Positions 34,279-45,072 of a stretch of 64,000 nt of DNA are shown here, piece after piece. The DNA lies in NCBI GenBank assembly GCA_011911785.1, contig GCA_011911785.1_4084.1. The stretch is one strand, 5' to 3'. Below the pieces are notes generated by a model. The model was not told the DNA's origin. It made no database searches and saw only the letters and a program-made list of their open reading frames with translations. This stretch comes from a phage. The position numbers and the translations under genes are program-made. Numbering within the stretch: position 1 is the first letter of the stretch; the number at the start of each line of letters is the position of its first letter.

Positions 34279-34785
34279 ATGTCGAGGAAACTATCAGAAC
34301 TAATAAAGTTCGCAAAGGATTGTCTTGATACAATAACTTATTTGTACGTTAATGAAGTTAATTTGCATAGATATTTCGCTATCCATCACAGTACTGAATC
34401 GTCTTTCAATATTCGTCACGGTGCTCATAGTATATATTTTCATACTAAAGCTGAAGATCGTCTGGCTCATTCTATGTTTGAGAAAGGTAAAACGGACTAT
34501 ATTCTATTTCGTTCAGATGGTTCTGATATAAAATATATCGCTCACCAAAGAGGAAAAGCCCAATTTATTAATCATATACTTCCGTACATTACGGATTTAA
34601 CGGATGAAAATTATTTCCAAAATTCATTAATTTACAATGACTCTGAACTTAAAGCAATGTTTATTCTATCGTACTTTAAAAAATATAGTGAGTTTCAGAG
34701 AATTAGTTTTGAATTTGCTTCAATGAAGCACTTTATTAAACAGGTAAGGATTTTAAAAAATGCTGACAAACGAAACAATAGATAA
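34279..34785 (+). CDS. FQxS-motif family protein (168 aa)
   Basis: motif DENYFQNSLIYN. Confidence 0.65.
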   Translation: MSRKLSELIKFAKDCLDTITYLYVNEVNLHRYFAIHHSTESSFNIRHGAHSIYFHTKAEDRLAHSMFEKGKTDYILFRSDGSDIKYIAHQRGKAQFINHILPYITDLTDENYFQNSLIYNDSELKAMFILSYFKKYSEFQRISFEFASMKHFIKQVRILKNADKRNNR

Positions 34786-35374
34786 AATCAGTCAGATAAG
34801 TTTAGAACTAATTCGTATTCATGAATTTGCATGGCGTCTAACAAATCGTGTTATTTCATTTCATACCAGTACTGAACAAAATTCTACATACAAATTTGAC
34901 CGTGGTGACAAATGGTTTGATTTAATGGATGAAAATTGTAAAGCTATCATCTGCGTAAGAACAGAATTGACCGACCACAACAGAGAAAGAGATTTAGATA
35001 TATATATGCCCGGTTCTTATATTTGTATCTCAAGAAGCGATGGTATTTTTATTAGTTCATCTGGACTTAATTATCTTAATAAAGTCTACATTGATATGGA
35101 TGAAGAAGAAGAATACTATGTCACAACACATGAACCTGAATTTCTGGATATTCCAGATGATGATGTACTCGACGAAACATTGTTTCAGTACTCATTAATT
35201 CACAACGCCTGTGTTATTGATGCTATTAAATTTTGTAAAAATCTATCCCCTAAATTACCATTAACAAAGTATATCAAATTAGAACCTGAAATATTCAAAG
35301 AACAGGACTGGGATGGGTTATTACTTAAATTAAAAAGTATTACTGAAGAAAACATATGTACAATTGGGGATTAA
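34760..35374 (+). CDS. FQxS-motif family protein (204 aa)
   Basis: motif DETLFQYSLIHN. Confidence 0.65.
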   Translation: MLTNETIDKISQISLELIRIHEFAWRLTNRVISFHTSTEQNSTYKFDRGDKWFDLMDENCKAIICVRTELTDHNRERDLDIYMPGSYICISRSDGIFISSSGLNYLNKVYIDMDEEEEYYVTTHEPEFLDIPDDDVLDETLFQYSLIHNACVIDAIKFCKNLSPKLPLTKYIKLEPEIFKEQDWDGLLLKLKSITEENICTIGD

Positions 35375-35378
35375 TTGA

Positions 35379-36011
35379 ATGAGTACAAAAAGAAAACCAA
35401 TTTCAAAGTACGTGTTTCATCGCCTAGAGTATAAGCACTGCATTGCGTATGCACGAGCATTAACAGACATATTACCACGTCTGAAGGATGATAAGTTCCT
35501 TGAATGTTATGACATGCGTTTTCATAACAATGTTCTTGAGTACATAGAATCAGATGATAGTGAGTTGAATGAAGTATGGCTTGATTTCAGTCCTAGTGGT
35601 TTAGATAAAAATAGAGTTGGGAACTTGGGTCTATTTTATACGCACTGCTTGAACTTCGATTTGTCAGATAAAACATTAGTACTGGATAGTAATGAGGTAC
35701 TTAGATTGAACCTCAATGTTATGGATTATTCAGAAGAAGCATTCTTTCAAAATAGTTTAATATATGAACCGAATGATTTATTATATACTATTGTTTTCCC
35801 ATATCTACATGAGCACCTTAAAGGTACTACAGTTCAAAGAGCAGACATTACCTTTAGTTTAGTAAATTTATTCAAGTACAGTGACGTATTCAAAGAAATA
35901 TGTATTGAAGGCGGTTACTTCGATGACCTTGCTGATTTGAATAACATGGCGTTTGAAAATGATAATTATTTTAACGATACCTATATAGGCGGTTCAAGGA
36001 TAATGAAATGA
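35379..36011 (+). CDS. FQxS-motif family protein (210 aa)
   Basis: motif EEAFFQNSLIYE. Confidence 0.65.
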   Translation: MSTKRKPISKYVFHRLEYKHCIAYARALTDILPRLKDDKFLECYDMRFHNNVLEYIESDDSELNEVWLDFSPSGLDKNRVGNLGLFYTHCLNFDLSDKTLVLDSNEVLRLNLNVMDYSEEAFFQNSLIYEPNDLLYTIVFPYLHEHLKGTTVQRADITFSLVNLFKYSDVFKEICIEGGYFDDLADLNNMAFENDNYFNDTYIGGSRIMK

Positions 36012-36559
36012 GTCTACCATTAACAATAAACCCAGTACTAAAAGATCTATCTAAAGTTATTATTAACTTTTTTCCTATTGTACTACAAGATATAAAACCT
36101 ATATCAAATCTTGGTTCATGTTATATTCGACACAGTAATAATAAAAACGGTTCTATAGGTACTTTGTACATTAGTGATAGTTCATTGTTTCTTTTGCACC
36201 CTGAGTTATCAGATGAAGAAATTGCAGATGGTTGTTCGGAGGCACAGAATCGTGTACTCACACGTTATCCATATGTGTACATAAGCAGCATTAAACATAA
36301 AAATCTTGCTAATAACTTTTGCCAATGCAATCACGGTGATAACTTAATAGATTTAAATGTTGACGATGGGGTGCTTTTCCAGTACAGTACTCTATATGAT
36401 CAGTTAACAATGGATATCATCGAGTTGGATAAGCTAGTGCGTGATTACATCCCTGATGGTTTCTATCTTACAATGGATCTTAATGTACTGAATTCTGTAA
36501 TGGAACAAGGCACTCTACCAAACATTCTGAGAGACTTACGAGCATTTAAAAGACCCTGA
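36008..36559 (+). CDS. FQxS-motif family protein (183 aa)
   Basis: motif DGVLFQYSTLYD; followed by terminator. Confidence 0.65.
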   Translation: MSLPLTINPVLKDLSKVIINFFPIVLQDIKPISNLGSCYIRHSNNKNGSIGTLYISDSSLFLLHPELSDEEIADGCSEAQNRVLTRYPYVYISSIKHKNLANNFCQCNHGDNLIDLNVDDGVLFQYSTLYDQLTMDIIELDKLVRDYIPDGFYLTMDLNVLNSVMEQGTLPNILRDLRAFKRP

Positions 36560-36572
36560 TGGGTCTTTTTTC
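36551..36572 (+). terminator. rho-independent terminator
   Basis: stem AGACCC/GGGTCT followed by TTTTTT. Confidence 0.65.
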
Positions 36573-36581
36573 GTTTATAGG

Positions 36582-36610
36582 TTGACATTAGTAATGTAGA
36601 GTGTTAGAAT
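36582..36610 (+). promoter_or_regulatory. sigma70-like promoter (TTGACA-N17-TAGAAT)
   Basis: TTGACA 36582-36587, TAGAAT 36605-36610. Confidence 0.55.
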
Positions 36611-36641
36611 ATTGTAACCTATTTAAAAGAGAGCGTATTTT

Positions 36642-37190
36642 ATGGATAGCATTGTAAATATTATTGAATGCATGATTTATATTTTTAAAAACAGTCCTGA
36701 TAATAAGACTGTTAATTTTGAGTTAGGTGAATTAAATATCAACCCAAAAGAATCTCCATCAGTATATTCTAATATTACATTGTTCATTAGTGGTTTAGGT
36801 TATGTCGTAAAGATCATTAATGCAACACAACGTAGACAAGAATACAAGATGGAAATTCTACGCGGAGATAGTGAAATTCGTCTATATAATGTATCACGCT
36901 ACACTAAGATACTGGTAAAACATTCTTATGAAGATGACGAGAAGTTAGCTGTAGCTAAAATTGATTCAAACACTTTCAAAGAACAAATGTTCATGGCTGC
37001 TATGTCATATGATCAATTAACTTATAATAAGCTAGAAATGGGTTATAAATTACTTAGGTTATTAGAAGATCATTATGAAATTACAATTATGGACAAATTG
37101 CTTACCAAAAGCCAAGAGGAACTAGAGAAAATGCATTTGTTATTAAAAAAATATATTGATGATAATTTAAATTATGGAGAAGTACGTTGA
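36642..37190 (+). CDS. divergent FQxS-family-like protein (182 aa)
   Basis: degenerate motif [12 protein letters not shown]. Confidence 0.55.
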   Translation: MDSIVNIIECMIYIFKNSPDNKTVNFELGELNINPKESPSVYSNITLFISGLGYVVKIINATQRRQEYKMEILRGDSEIRLYNVSRYTKILVKHSYEDDEKLAVAKIDSNTFKEQMFMAAMSYDQLTYNKLEMGYKLLRLLEDHYEITIMDKLLTKSQEELEKMHLLLKKYIDDNLNYGEVR

Positions 37191-38599
37191 AAAGTAATTT
37201 AGAAAATATACGCAAAAAAGCCGATAATTTAGTACTATGTTGTATAGGGGCTTTATTTGCTGTTACTTTAGTTTCCGGTGTTGTTCATGGTAGTTTTATT
37301 ATTGCACTAATCGGTGCAGTTTTATTATTAGTAATGCTAACTCCTTTACTATTTGTTGAAAGTAATGCGTTCACTCGAACGTTGTTAAGTATAAATGTGA
37401 TGTGCTGGAGTGCGTTACTAATACATCTTGGCTTAGGGATGGTGGAATGGCACTTTACAGTTTTTGTCTTTTTAAGTTTATTGATTGTATGGCGTGACTG
37501 GCGTTGTGTATTAGCAGGTTCAGTACTGATTGCTATACATCATTTATTATTTGGATTGTTACAGGGTGCTGGAATTCCAATATTATTCGTGTTTTCTTTT
37601 CACCATATTTCGTTATGGCACATTATAGAGCACGCAATATATGTAGTAGTACAGGCAATAGTTCTGATGTACGTAGCGTACATTATGGAGAAAGATGCAA
37701 ATGAAGCAGATGAAATTCAACGAATTGCAAGATCAGTGAATTCTGAAGACGGCAATATTACTTTAGAAATACAAAATAATCATTTCAACTCCGAATTTGC
37801 ACAGACTTTTAGTAAAACAATATCAGCTATGCGTGAGGCAATTGAACAAGTACAAATTACAGTTCAGTCAATGAAAAGCAACTCCTATCATCTCGAAAGT
37901 AAAAGTAATGATTTAGCTTTCAGAACTGAAACACAAGGACAGGCACTTACTCAAATCGCTGCTGCTATGGAAGAATTAAGTGCTACATCTGCAAATACAT
38001 CTGATAACTCCAATACTGCAAAAAGTATGGTTAAAACTACAAAAGAATCCAGTACTAATGCAATTGAAAGTATCAATAATTGCAAAGAGCAGATGGATAG
38101 AATTAAAGAAGATTCTAATGCTATAGTTGCTATACTCAAAAATATAGAAACTATTGCTTTCCAGACTAATATTCTTTCTTTAAATGCCAGTATTGAAGCT
38201 GCTAAAGCTGGTGAACATGGTCGTGGATTCTCTGTTGTTGCACAGGAAGTTCGTAACTTAGCAATGAAATGTGATGCATGTAGTAAAGAAATTAAAGAAA
38301 TCGTTGATAACTCCGTAAAAAACAACAACCAAGGAATAGAACAAATCAACGAAACTGCAAGTGATATTGATTCTATTGTAAAAAATGTTGATTCACTCTT
38401 GCAGTTCATTGATGATTTAGCTATAATGGCTGAACAACAAAGCATTGCAATCCTTCAGGTTACCGAGAGTGTTAATATGATGGACCGTTCAGTACAGCAA
38501 AATGCGGAGCATGTAAAGGACACAATGATGATGGTAGACAATCAACAGTCTGAAGTACATGCTTTACAAAAAGCCACTTCGATTTTTAACGTGAAATAA
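37187..38599 (+). CDS. methyl-accepting chemotaxis protein (MCP)-like membrane transducer (470 aa)
   Basis: multiple N-terminal TM helices; C-terminal MCP signalling domain with core [35 protein letters not shown]; TTG start with TTGA overlap, RBS GGAGA. Confidence 0.8.
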   Translation: MKSNLENIRKKADNLVLCCIGALFAVTLVSGVVHGSFIIALIGAVLLLVMLTPLLFVESNAFTRTLLSINVMCWSALLIHLGLGMVEWHFTVFVFLSLLIVWRDWRCVLAGSVLIAIHHLLFGLLQGAGIPILFVFSFHHISLWHIIEHAIYVVVQAIVLMYVAYIMEKDANEADEIQRIARSVNSEDGNITLEIQNNHFNSEFAQTFSKTISAMREAIEQVQITVQSMKSNSYHLESKSNDLAFRTETQGQALTQIAAAMEELSATSANTSDNSNTAKSMVKTTKESSTNAIESINNCKEQMDRIKEDSNAIVAILKNIETIAFQTNILSLNASIEAAKAGEHGRGFSVVAQEVRNLAMKCDACSKEIKEIVDNSVKNNNQGIEQINETASDIDSIVKNVDSLLQFIDDLAIMAEQQSIAILQVTESVNMMDRSVQQNAEHVKDTMMMVDNQQSEVHALQKATSIFNVK

Positions 38600-38605
38600 T
38601 TTTAA

Positions 38606-38644
38606 AGCCAGGGTATTGACTCTGGCTTTTTTCTTTGCTATTAT
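38606..38644 (+). promoter_or_regulatory. intrinsic terminator fused to sigma70 promoter (TTGACT-N17-TATTAT)
   Basis: stem AGCCAG/CTGGCT with TTGACT in the loop, then a T-run that serves as spacer to TATTAT. Confidence 0.6.
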
Positions 38645-38672
38645 TTTAATATTATTTAACCGAGGATATCAT

Positions 38673-39227
38673 ATGGACAATTACCTATTAATCTTACAAA
38701 TTTACAACGAACTGGGAAAACTTCTTGAAACGTGTAATTCACAGGGACGTAAATTAAGAATCGGTTTCGATTATGAAATTGAATACACAGGAGAGGGTAT
38801 TGCAACGCAGCAGATGTTCACAGAAGAAAATAAAACTATTCTGTGCGTTTACCCACATGAAGGTGATGAGGAAGACTGTGTTGTTGATTTTTCATATGAC
38901 AGTTCTTGGGCTTTTATTTCACGTAATCCTCGAATGAAAGAGGCAGTGGATTACAAAGAACCATCATATGATCCTATTGCGTTGTTCAGTACTGAGAATT
39001 TAGAAGAACAAAATTTCCAGAGTTCTGTAACTCACGATAAATTAATCACTGATGCACTTACGATTGAAGCTTTAGCACGTAACTATAAATTTGATTTCAA
39101 TCTCAATAATTATTATATGTCATATAGTGCAACAGCATCATTACTCACTGATGATCAATTAGTAGTATTACTCAAGGACTTGAAAAACTACGCACAAACG
39201 AGAAAAGAACATGAAAACACTAATTGA
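38673..39227 (+). CDS. FQxS-motif family protein (184 aa)
   Basis: track ORF 38616 trimmed to ATG after RBS GAGGA; motif EEQNFQSSVTHD. Confidence 0.65.
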   Translation: MDNYLLILQIYNELGKLLETCNSQGRKLRIGFDYEIEYTGEGIATQQMFTEENKTILCVYPHEGDEEDCVVDFSYDSSWAFISRNPRMKEAVDYKEPSYDPIALFSTENLEEQNFQSSVTHDKLITDALTIEALARNYKFDFNLNNYYMSYSATASLLTDDQLVVLLKDLKNYAQTRKEHENTN

Positions 39228-39783
39228 TATTTTTAAAGTACTAGAAGAACTTACTCATAAGTTAGATGAACAAAAAAGAACTGAGAATATTTTTCATTAC
39301 TTCAACAATCCAATGTACCGATTAGTTTTTGATTGCAGTACTTTGTATCGTTATGCTAATATCCAAATACAACACTGCATTCAACATAAAACCAAAAATA
39401 TATGGTCAGTTGATGCTTCTTATGTGGCATCAGGCAGAGAGAGTAAATTTTTGGGTTCAGTTTCTGATTGTAGTCTTACTGTGAATAAACTCAAAGAAAC
39501 TAACGAATTAATCGTCAGAAATTTGTACGATGATTATTATGATGATGAAGAATATCTTCATATTGCACCTGAGCTACAAAATCCAGAAGAGCGAGAAGCA
39601 TATCTTTTCCAGTTGTCGTTGCTCCCAGGTTATGATATGATAGCTAAAGCTGATTTTGTATATCAACTATCAATGCAACTTGGTAGTGGGGAGTGTTCTG
39701 CTTTCAATAATCTATACAATGAAAGTACTGAAACACAAGAAGAATTATTGGAGGAATTAAATGCCTTTCTCAAATCTTTATAA
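39211..39783 (+). CDS. FQxS-motif family protein (190 aa)
   Basis: motif EAYLFQLSLLPGYD. Confidence 0.65.
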   Translation: MKTLIDIFKVLEELTHKLDEQKRTENIFHYFNNPMYRLVFDCSTLYRYANIQIQHCIQHKTKNIWSVDASYVASGRESKFLGSVSDCSLTVNKLKETNELIVRNLYDDYYDDEEYLHIAPELQNPEEREAYLFQLSLLPGYDMIAKADFVYQLSMQLGSGECSAFNNLYNESTETQEELLEELNAFLKSL

Positions 39784-40339
39784 TTACATGTCCGAAGAGT
39801 ATCAATATTACACTAAGATGGTTTTGAAAGTGAATGCTATTCTTAATAGTGATTTATGTAAAACTAAAAAGACATTTAATCTCCCATATATGCGTTTGAC
39901 GATTACTAAAGACCAGGAAGGTATGTATGATCATGCAGTAGTTTCGATGAATGATCTACGTGTCTTTCTGATAATTAAGTACAATAAAGAAGATTTAACC
40001 AACAACGATGGGTACATTAACTACGATTATATTATTGGAGGAAATGCTGAAGTTCCAGGGACAAGTGAATTTGCAGGGATTGTTATTTCAGGTAAAAAAA
40101 TTCCAAAGATTAATCTTAACAGTAGTACTATAGAAGAAGAACTATTCCAGTTAAGTACTATGTACAGTACTAACGAATTGGATTTATTACTTTTCAGTAC
40201 AATCGTCAATCATGAACTGGATAAGAAAGACAAATACTGTCCATTACAACAAATTGTTCATCGTTTTAAACGTAGTGAATTTAAAAGAATTCATGAAGGT
40301 CTGGACAGTCTTATCAACAATACTGGGGAGTTCTCATGA
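39761..40339 (+). CDS. FQxS-motif family protein (192 aa)
   Basis: motif EEELFQLSTMYS. Confidence 0.65.
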   Translation: MPFSNLYNYMSEEYQYYTKMVLKVNAILNSDLCKTKKTFNLPYMRLTITKDQEGMYDHAVVSMNDLRVFLIIKYNKEDLTNNDGYINYDYIIGGNAEVPGTSEFAGIVISGKKIPKINLNSSTIEEELFQLSTMYSTNELDLLLFSTIVNHELDKKDKYCPLQQIVHRFKRSEFKRIHEGLDSLINNTGEFS

Positions 40340-40896
40340 AATATAGTCTTTACAGTAGAGGAAAGTTTCTTGAGAAGTTCATTGAAGATTGTGTAGCTGC
40401 ACTGAGTTTAATTCGTGAAGGTGAATACATTAAAGTCAATCACACTGTACTAAGAGATCTTAATTTTTTTCTGAGTGGTGATTTGAATAATGATATGCAC
40501 TTCACAATAACGTACAACCACAAAGATATCATTGAAATCAATACACAACAACGACACATAAAAGAATACACCCGATTACGCAATACCAAGACAAAGCGTG
40601 TAGTAATTAAAAAAGGTGATGTAGAGTTGATGTGTAAAGATAGTACTGCAATAGATATCAGTACTTACTTCGATAATGAAGAAGATATGGATTGTGATTG
40701 CTTCCAGAAGAGTTTAATTATTGATGATCCGTATGTACTGTACGGTGCAGTACTGGCTCCGTTCTGTCAGAAGAACTTACCAGATGGATGTACGGTTGAA
40801 TTGAACTTGACAGAACTCATGAATGATGATATATTTGAGTACATGAGTACTAACTCCAAGGCAATGATTGAACATATTAAGGCAATCCAATGTTAA
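40336..40896 (+). CDS. FQxS-motif family protein (186 aa)
   Basis: motif DCDCFQKSLIID. Confidence 0.65.
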   Translation: MKYSLYSRGKFLEKFIEDCVAALSLIREGEYIKVNHTVLRDLNFFLSGDLNNDMHFTITYNHKDIIEINTQQRHIKEYTRLRNTKTKRVVIKKGDVELMCKDSTAIDISTYFDNEEDMDCDCFQKSLIIDDPYVLYGAVLAPFCQKNLPDGCTVELNLTELMNDDIFEYMSTNSKAMIEHIKAIQC

Positions 40897-41375
40897 ATCC
40901 AGAAGACGTTATTAAATTTTGTAAAATTCTTGTGAAGTATTCTCATAAATTTGTGCACGAAGTACAGATAATGATTGATGGTATTCCATTTAACTTCGTG
41001 AAAAACAACGACATTATATCTGTGTTCTGTGGCTCATGGACATTTTGTGAACTCAACTGTCAAGAATCTCAAAATGTTATTGTGAAACGAAACATGATCC
41101 TATCAAGGGAAAGTTCAGTATTCATTGAACCAAGTGGTGAAATCATATACGAGAAAAAGAACGGCGACAGAACTTTAGATGATTTTATGGCTGAATTGAG
41201 CCTTGATAATGAGTTTCATAGAAATGCAGTACTGATACATAGTGCTATGGTGCATGAAACTAATTTAAATTCTATATCAATTAATTTCGGTGTTTATTCT
41301 TATTACAAATTTACATTTGATATGATATTTCAAACACTTAACAAACATCCTATATTCTGGAAATGCAATGAATAA
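40890..41375 (+). CDS. hypothetical protein (161 aa), divergent array member
   Basis: ORF coupled to neighbours; motif degenerate. Confidence 0.5.
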   Translation: MLNPEDVIKFCKILVKYSHKFVHEVQIMIDGIPFNFVKNNDIISVFCGSWTFCELNCQESQNVIVKRNMILSRESSVFIEPSGEIIYEKKNGDRTLDDFMAELSLDNEFHRNAVLIHSAMVHETNLNSISINFGVYSYYKFTFDMIFQTLNKHPIFWKCNE

Positions 41376-41826
41376 AGACGATTACGAATTACTGAAAAAG
41401 TTAATCCAGTACTGCCTCAATGAACTGGATAATGGTAAAGCTCGAAAATCAGGTTCATGGTTTGATGTAAGCTATCCATCAGACGGCGATGATATGATGA
41501 CATTATGGTCAAATGAAAGATACATTGATTATAGTGTAATGGATAATACTACTATAGATTATGTCAATGACAATGTATGGTATTTCAATACACAGTTAAT
41601 CATTGATATTAAAAGTATAGATTTAAGTACTGAGATTGATGAAGCAACCATATTTCAATTAAGTACTTTGTATTCTGATGAAGTGATATATCCGTTATTA
41701 CTTCTCCTACAGTTGAGAGCCATTGCAGCGGAACGTGGTTTCACATCCATATCATTTGCTCATGACATTGATGTACGAAGAGCAGAAATTACAAAATTAG
41801 TTGAGGGATATGATGGAACACTTTAG
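41368..41826 (+). CDS. FQxS-motif family protein (152 aa)
   Basis: motif EATIFQLSTLYS. Confidence 0.65.
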   Translation: MNKDDYELLKKLIQYCLNELDNGKARKSGSWFDVSYPSDGDDMMTLWSNERYIDYSVMDNTTIDYVNDNVWYFNTQLIIDIKSIDLSTEIDEATIFQLSTLYSDEVIYPLLLLLQLRAIAAERGFTSISFAHDIDVRRAEITKLVEGYDGTL

Positions 41827-42304
41827 TACTAAAGACTTTGTGGAATTGCATAAAATTCTTGAAGAAAAATATATCAATGAACAATATGGTCGATTCGAAC
41901 TGGCTCCAGATATTATTCTTAAAATACAAAAAGATGGTATGATCCGAGTTGTATTTGAGCAGAAAAGAGGTTTAGACCATGACATTTTCATGCTCTTTGA
42001 TAGCAATAGTCCTATCTATGATGCACCAAGCTTCGATACAAGCACCATTGGTTCACAATCCGCAGTCTTTCATCCAGGAACTACTGTTGTAAAAATCGAT
42101 GGTGTAGATTGCAACATGCGACCTGTATCATTGGATGAAATTGATGAAGTTGAATTTCAGAACAGTACTGTGAATAATTATAGTGCAATGTTCACCTACA
42201 TGTGCTATCTTAACAGTACTTGTTGCAAATTTCTTATGTACACATCGTATGTAAATGAAGATGAAGTACTACACTATGTATTGAAAAAACTAAGAGAATT
42301 ATGA
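41801..42304 (+). CDS. FQxS-motif family protein (167 aa)
   Basis: motif DEVEFQNSTVNN. Confidence 0.65.
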   Translation: MRDMMEHFSTKDFVELHKILEEKYINEQYGRFELAPDIILKIQKDGMIRVVFEQKRGLDHDIFMLFDSNSPIYDAPSFDTSTIGSQSAVFHPGTTVVKIDGVDCNMRPVSLDEIDEVEFQNSTVNNYSAMFTYMCYLNSTCCKFLMYTSYVNEDEVLHYVLKKLREL

Positions 42305-42305
42305 T

Positions 42306-42908
42306 ATGATCATTGACATGCCTATTCTTAATAAAATGCTTAACCCTGTCATTACGTTAGCTAAAAGTATTTCTAATAATGAAAAGTTGCATCTCCCATA
42401 CTCTATGTTAACGTATGCAACTGATTTTTACAGGATTGAAATCTCGGCATGTGAACAACGAATTACACTAGCATTCAAACGCCTTGGTGCTGGACTTGCA
42501 AATGATTTTGATATTTCACTGATACTTCATGGTGAATTAGAAGATAGTAAAATTCTGTCCTATGAAAGAATTCTTCGCAGTACAAATGAAATAAAATTAT
42601 TCAAAACATTTTCACATTATAATGGTTCTGATGTTTCATATTATTTTGATAAGGATTCATTTAAGAATATCAAAAGTGTTGAAGTGAAAGATTTCAGCGA
42701 AGAATGGTATTTTCAAAATACATTAATTCATTCTTTACCTTCATATGAAGAAATGAAGATGAACATTGATCTTTATGAAAAATTAAAATCAGAACTGAAA
42801 TGTAATTTTCTATTATCAATGAACTACAAAAAGATCAGTACTGATGTGGTATTGGAAGATGAACTAATGAAACGAATTTGGTCTGCTATACCAGTTATTA
42901 AGGAATAA
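42306..42908 (+). CDS. FQxS-motif family protein (200 aa)
   Basis: motif EEWYFQNTLIHS. Confidence 0.65.
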   Translation: MIIDMPILNKMLNPVITLAKSISNNEKLHLPYSMLTYATDFYRIEISACEQRITLAFKRLGAGLANDFDISLILHGELEDSKILSYERILRSTNEIKLFKTFSHYNGSDVSYYFDKDSFKNIKSVEVKDFSEEWYFQNTLIHSLPSYEEMKMNIDLYEKLKSELKCNFLLSMNYKKISTDVVLEDELMKRIWSAIPVIKE

Positions 42909-42910
42909 TA

Positions 42911-43450
42911 ATGCACATTGCAACATTATCAAATACTAAAGAATTTGAGCTATGGCCTGAGAAAGTTAACAGCTTAAGACAGCGTTATGTGAATTTCTGC
43001 CGTGGTATCAGGAAAGCCAGTAGAATGTCACATTCACTAAGCATGTCAATTGATGGTTGTGTTATGAATGCAGATAAGAACCGTTTGTACGTTGAATCAT
43101 ACAGTTCGCAAGCTCTGTACATTATGCTTCATGCTGGTACACAAATCCCACAGAATTCGATTGGTTGTTATTCAATTACATGGTCTGGACGAAAGTCTAC
43201 TAAATTATATCCGTGCAAAAGAAACGACCAATCGTTCAGTGTTGATATTAATTACTGTGAGTACACTGAAGAAGAACACTTTCAGCACAGTACTCTTCAT
43301 GATATCATTGAGTACAATGAATGCATCAATGTACTGGATAAATGTTATGATTTAGAACATAATACTGGTATCGTTGTAGTTAATAATTGCTTTTTTGATA
43401 GTGATGTACTTGATACATTAGATTATTTTTTAGAGGGTTACAATGACTAA
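42911..43450 (+). CDS. FQxS-motif family protein (179 aa)
   Basis: motif EEEHFQHSTLHD. Confidence 0.65.
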   Translation: MHIATLSNTKEFELWPEKVNSLRQRYVNFCRGIRKASRMSHSLSMSIDGCVMNADKNRLYVESYSSQALYIMLHAGTQIPQNSIGCYSITWSGRKSTKLYPCKRNDQSFSVDINYCEYTEEEHFQHSTLHDIIEYNECINVLDKCYDLEHNTGIVVVNNCFFDSDVLDTLDYFLEGYND

Positions 43451-44060
43451 CATTAGAACAGAGTATGTTAAGTACGAGAAAGCACTACGTGATTTACTAA
43501 ACATTGCACCGGATTTAATTAGAGCTAAACAAACACTATTTGACAAGTACGGTCCGAAAAGTGAACTCAAGCTATCAAAAAAGGGAAAACCCACACAATA
43601 TACAACGCTGTATAATAGATATAGCGTTGGGATTTGTAATATCTATACAGATGAATTAGTACTGGAATTAACCCAAGACGATGATGAAGAAGCACATGAT
43701 TTATTTCCTGAATTTGAAGAGTGCATGTTTAGTCCAGGTAATCCAGTGTTTTTAACCTTAAATGATGGAAGAAAAACGCTAAAAGAATCGTTCATCACAT
43801 ATGATGCCAAAACTAAAACACTAATGGATATTGAATCTGGGTATAAGACTGATCTGAAATCACTTGAAGATTGTAAGGGTGCATTGTTTCAGATGGGTGT
43901 AATCACAGAGGTTACCACTACACCAGAAGAATTATGGCTTATGGTTTCAGTACTGAATGATTGGTACAAAGTGAAGAGTCTACGAAATATGTTCATTTAT
44001 ATCAAGCCTGATTGCATCAAGAAAGAAACACTAATTAACAATATGGTAATACCTGAATGA
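43443..44060 (+). CDS. FQxS-motif family protein (205 aa)
   Basis: motif KGALFQMGVITE. Confidence 0.6.
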   Translation: MTNIRTEYVKYEKALRDLLNIAPDLIRAKQTLFDKYGPKSELKLSKKGKPTQYTTLYNRYSVGICNIYTDELVLELTQDDDEEAHDLFPEFEECMFSPGNPVFLTLNDGRKTLKESFITYDAKTKTLMDIESGYKTDLKSLEDCKGALFQMGVITEVTTTPEELWLMVSVLNDWYKVKSLRNMFIYIKPDCIKKETLINNMVIPE

Positions 44061-44656
44061 AAAAAGATCCAAATGAAGACTTAATCAATTCTTTAAGTAC
44101 TATCAAAGATTTGTGGTTACGATATCGTGGATTGTATAGTGTTAAAGATACAGAAAATAACATACTCCAAAGTCTTAAAATCACGATTCGAATGCAATTC
44201 AAAAATGGAATGGCAGTTGATGTTGAGATGAACAAAACTGGAGTTTATGTATATGATGGTTCTCGAACTGCAATCTTTATGGCAGAATTCATAGATGAAG
44301 ACTGTAATCTATATTGTTCATACGACATTGAAAGTGGTGATATCGAAATGTTCGCTAATGAACCTATCCTGCTCCGTTTCACTAAATCATGGAATGAAGA
44401 TTACATTATATATCAAAATGGAGGCTTCTTAAATTCCGATGAGGAACCCATCGATAACATAGAAGAAATGGCATTCCAGAGTAGTACTGTTAATGATGAT
44501 GCATTATCTTATCAAGAAATCCTTGACACAGTGAATGGTTATGATAAGATACAGGCTGCAATGAAAGAGAACGGTATCTGTTACCTTACAGTACTGGACA
44601 AACTCTTCTACGATGAACTGTGTTCGTACCTGAACTGTATTCTCACTGAGGATTGA
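44057..44656 (+). CDS. FQxS-motif family protein (199 aa)
   Basis: motif EEMAFQSSTVND. Confidence 0.65.
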   Translation: MKKDPNEDLINSLSTIKDLWLRYRGLYSVKDTENNILQSLKITIRMQFKNGMAVDVEMNKTGVYVYDGSRTAIFMAEFIDEDCNLYCSYDIESGDIEMFANEPILLRFTKSWNEDYIIYQNGGFLNSDEEPIDNIEEMAFQSSTVNDDALSYQEILDTVNGYDKIQAAMKENGICYLTVLDKLFYDELCSYLNCILTED

Positions 44657-45072
44657 TGATGATTCTATACCATGCAAGTACTGTTAAAATTGACAACTTC
44701 TACATTCCTTATGGTGGTTTACATATGGGAGGGAAGCATAGTGCTCTTGAGGCTGCGTTACGCAAGCTGAGAAGCCCACTGAACGTTGTTGATGCTGACA
44801 CGGTGTACTTGCATACCTTAGAAGTTGACGTTGATAACGTGCTTCTGTGTGAGGATATGGGTAGTGATGACGAATGGCGATCACTTATTGAGTATTGTGA
44901 TACTGAAGGTTACGATGCAGTTCAGTACAAGAATGAATACGAGCCGGACAATGTTCCTAGTTATATGATTTGGGATACATCTAAAGTTCGTATTGTTGAA
45001 GTTGATGCTATGCATATGGATGAAGCTGAAATGATTATCGAAGATTTTCTTGATGAATATGAAGGTGTATAA
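44653..45072 (+). CDS. hypothetical protein (139 aa)
   Basis: ORF in array without the FQ motif. Confidence 0.5.
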   Translation: MMMILYHASTVKIDNFYIPYGGLHMGGKHSALEAALRKLRSPLNVVDADTVYLHTLEVDVDNVLLCEDMGSDDEWRSLIEYCDTEGYDAVQYKNEYEPDNVPSYMIWDTSKVRIVEVDAMHMDEAEMIIEDFLDEYEGV

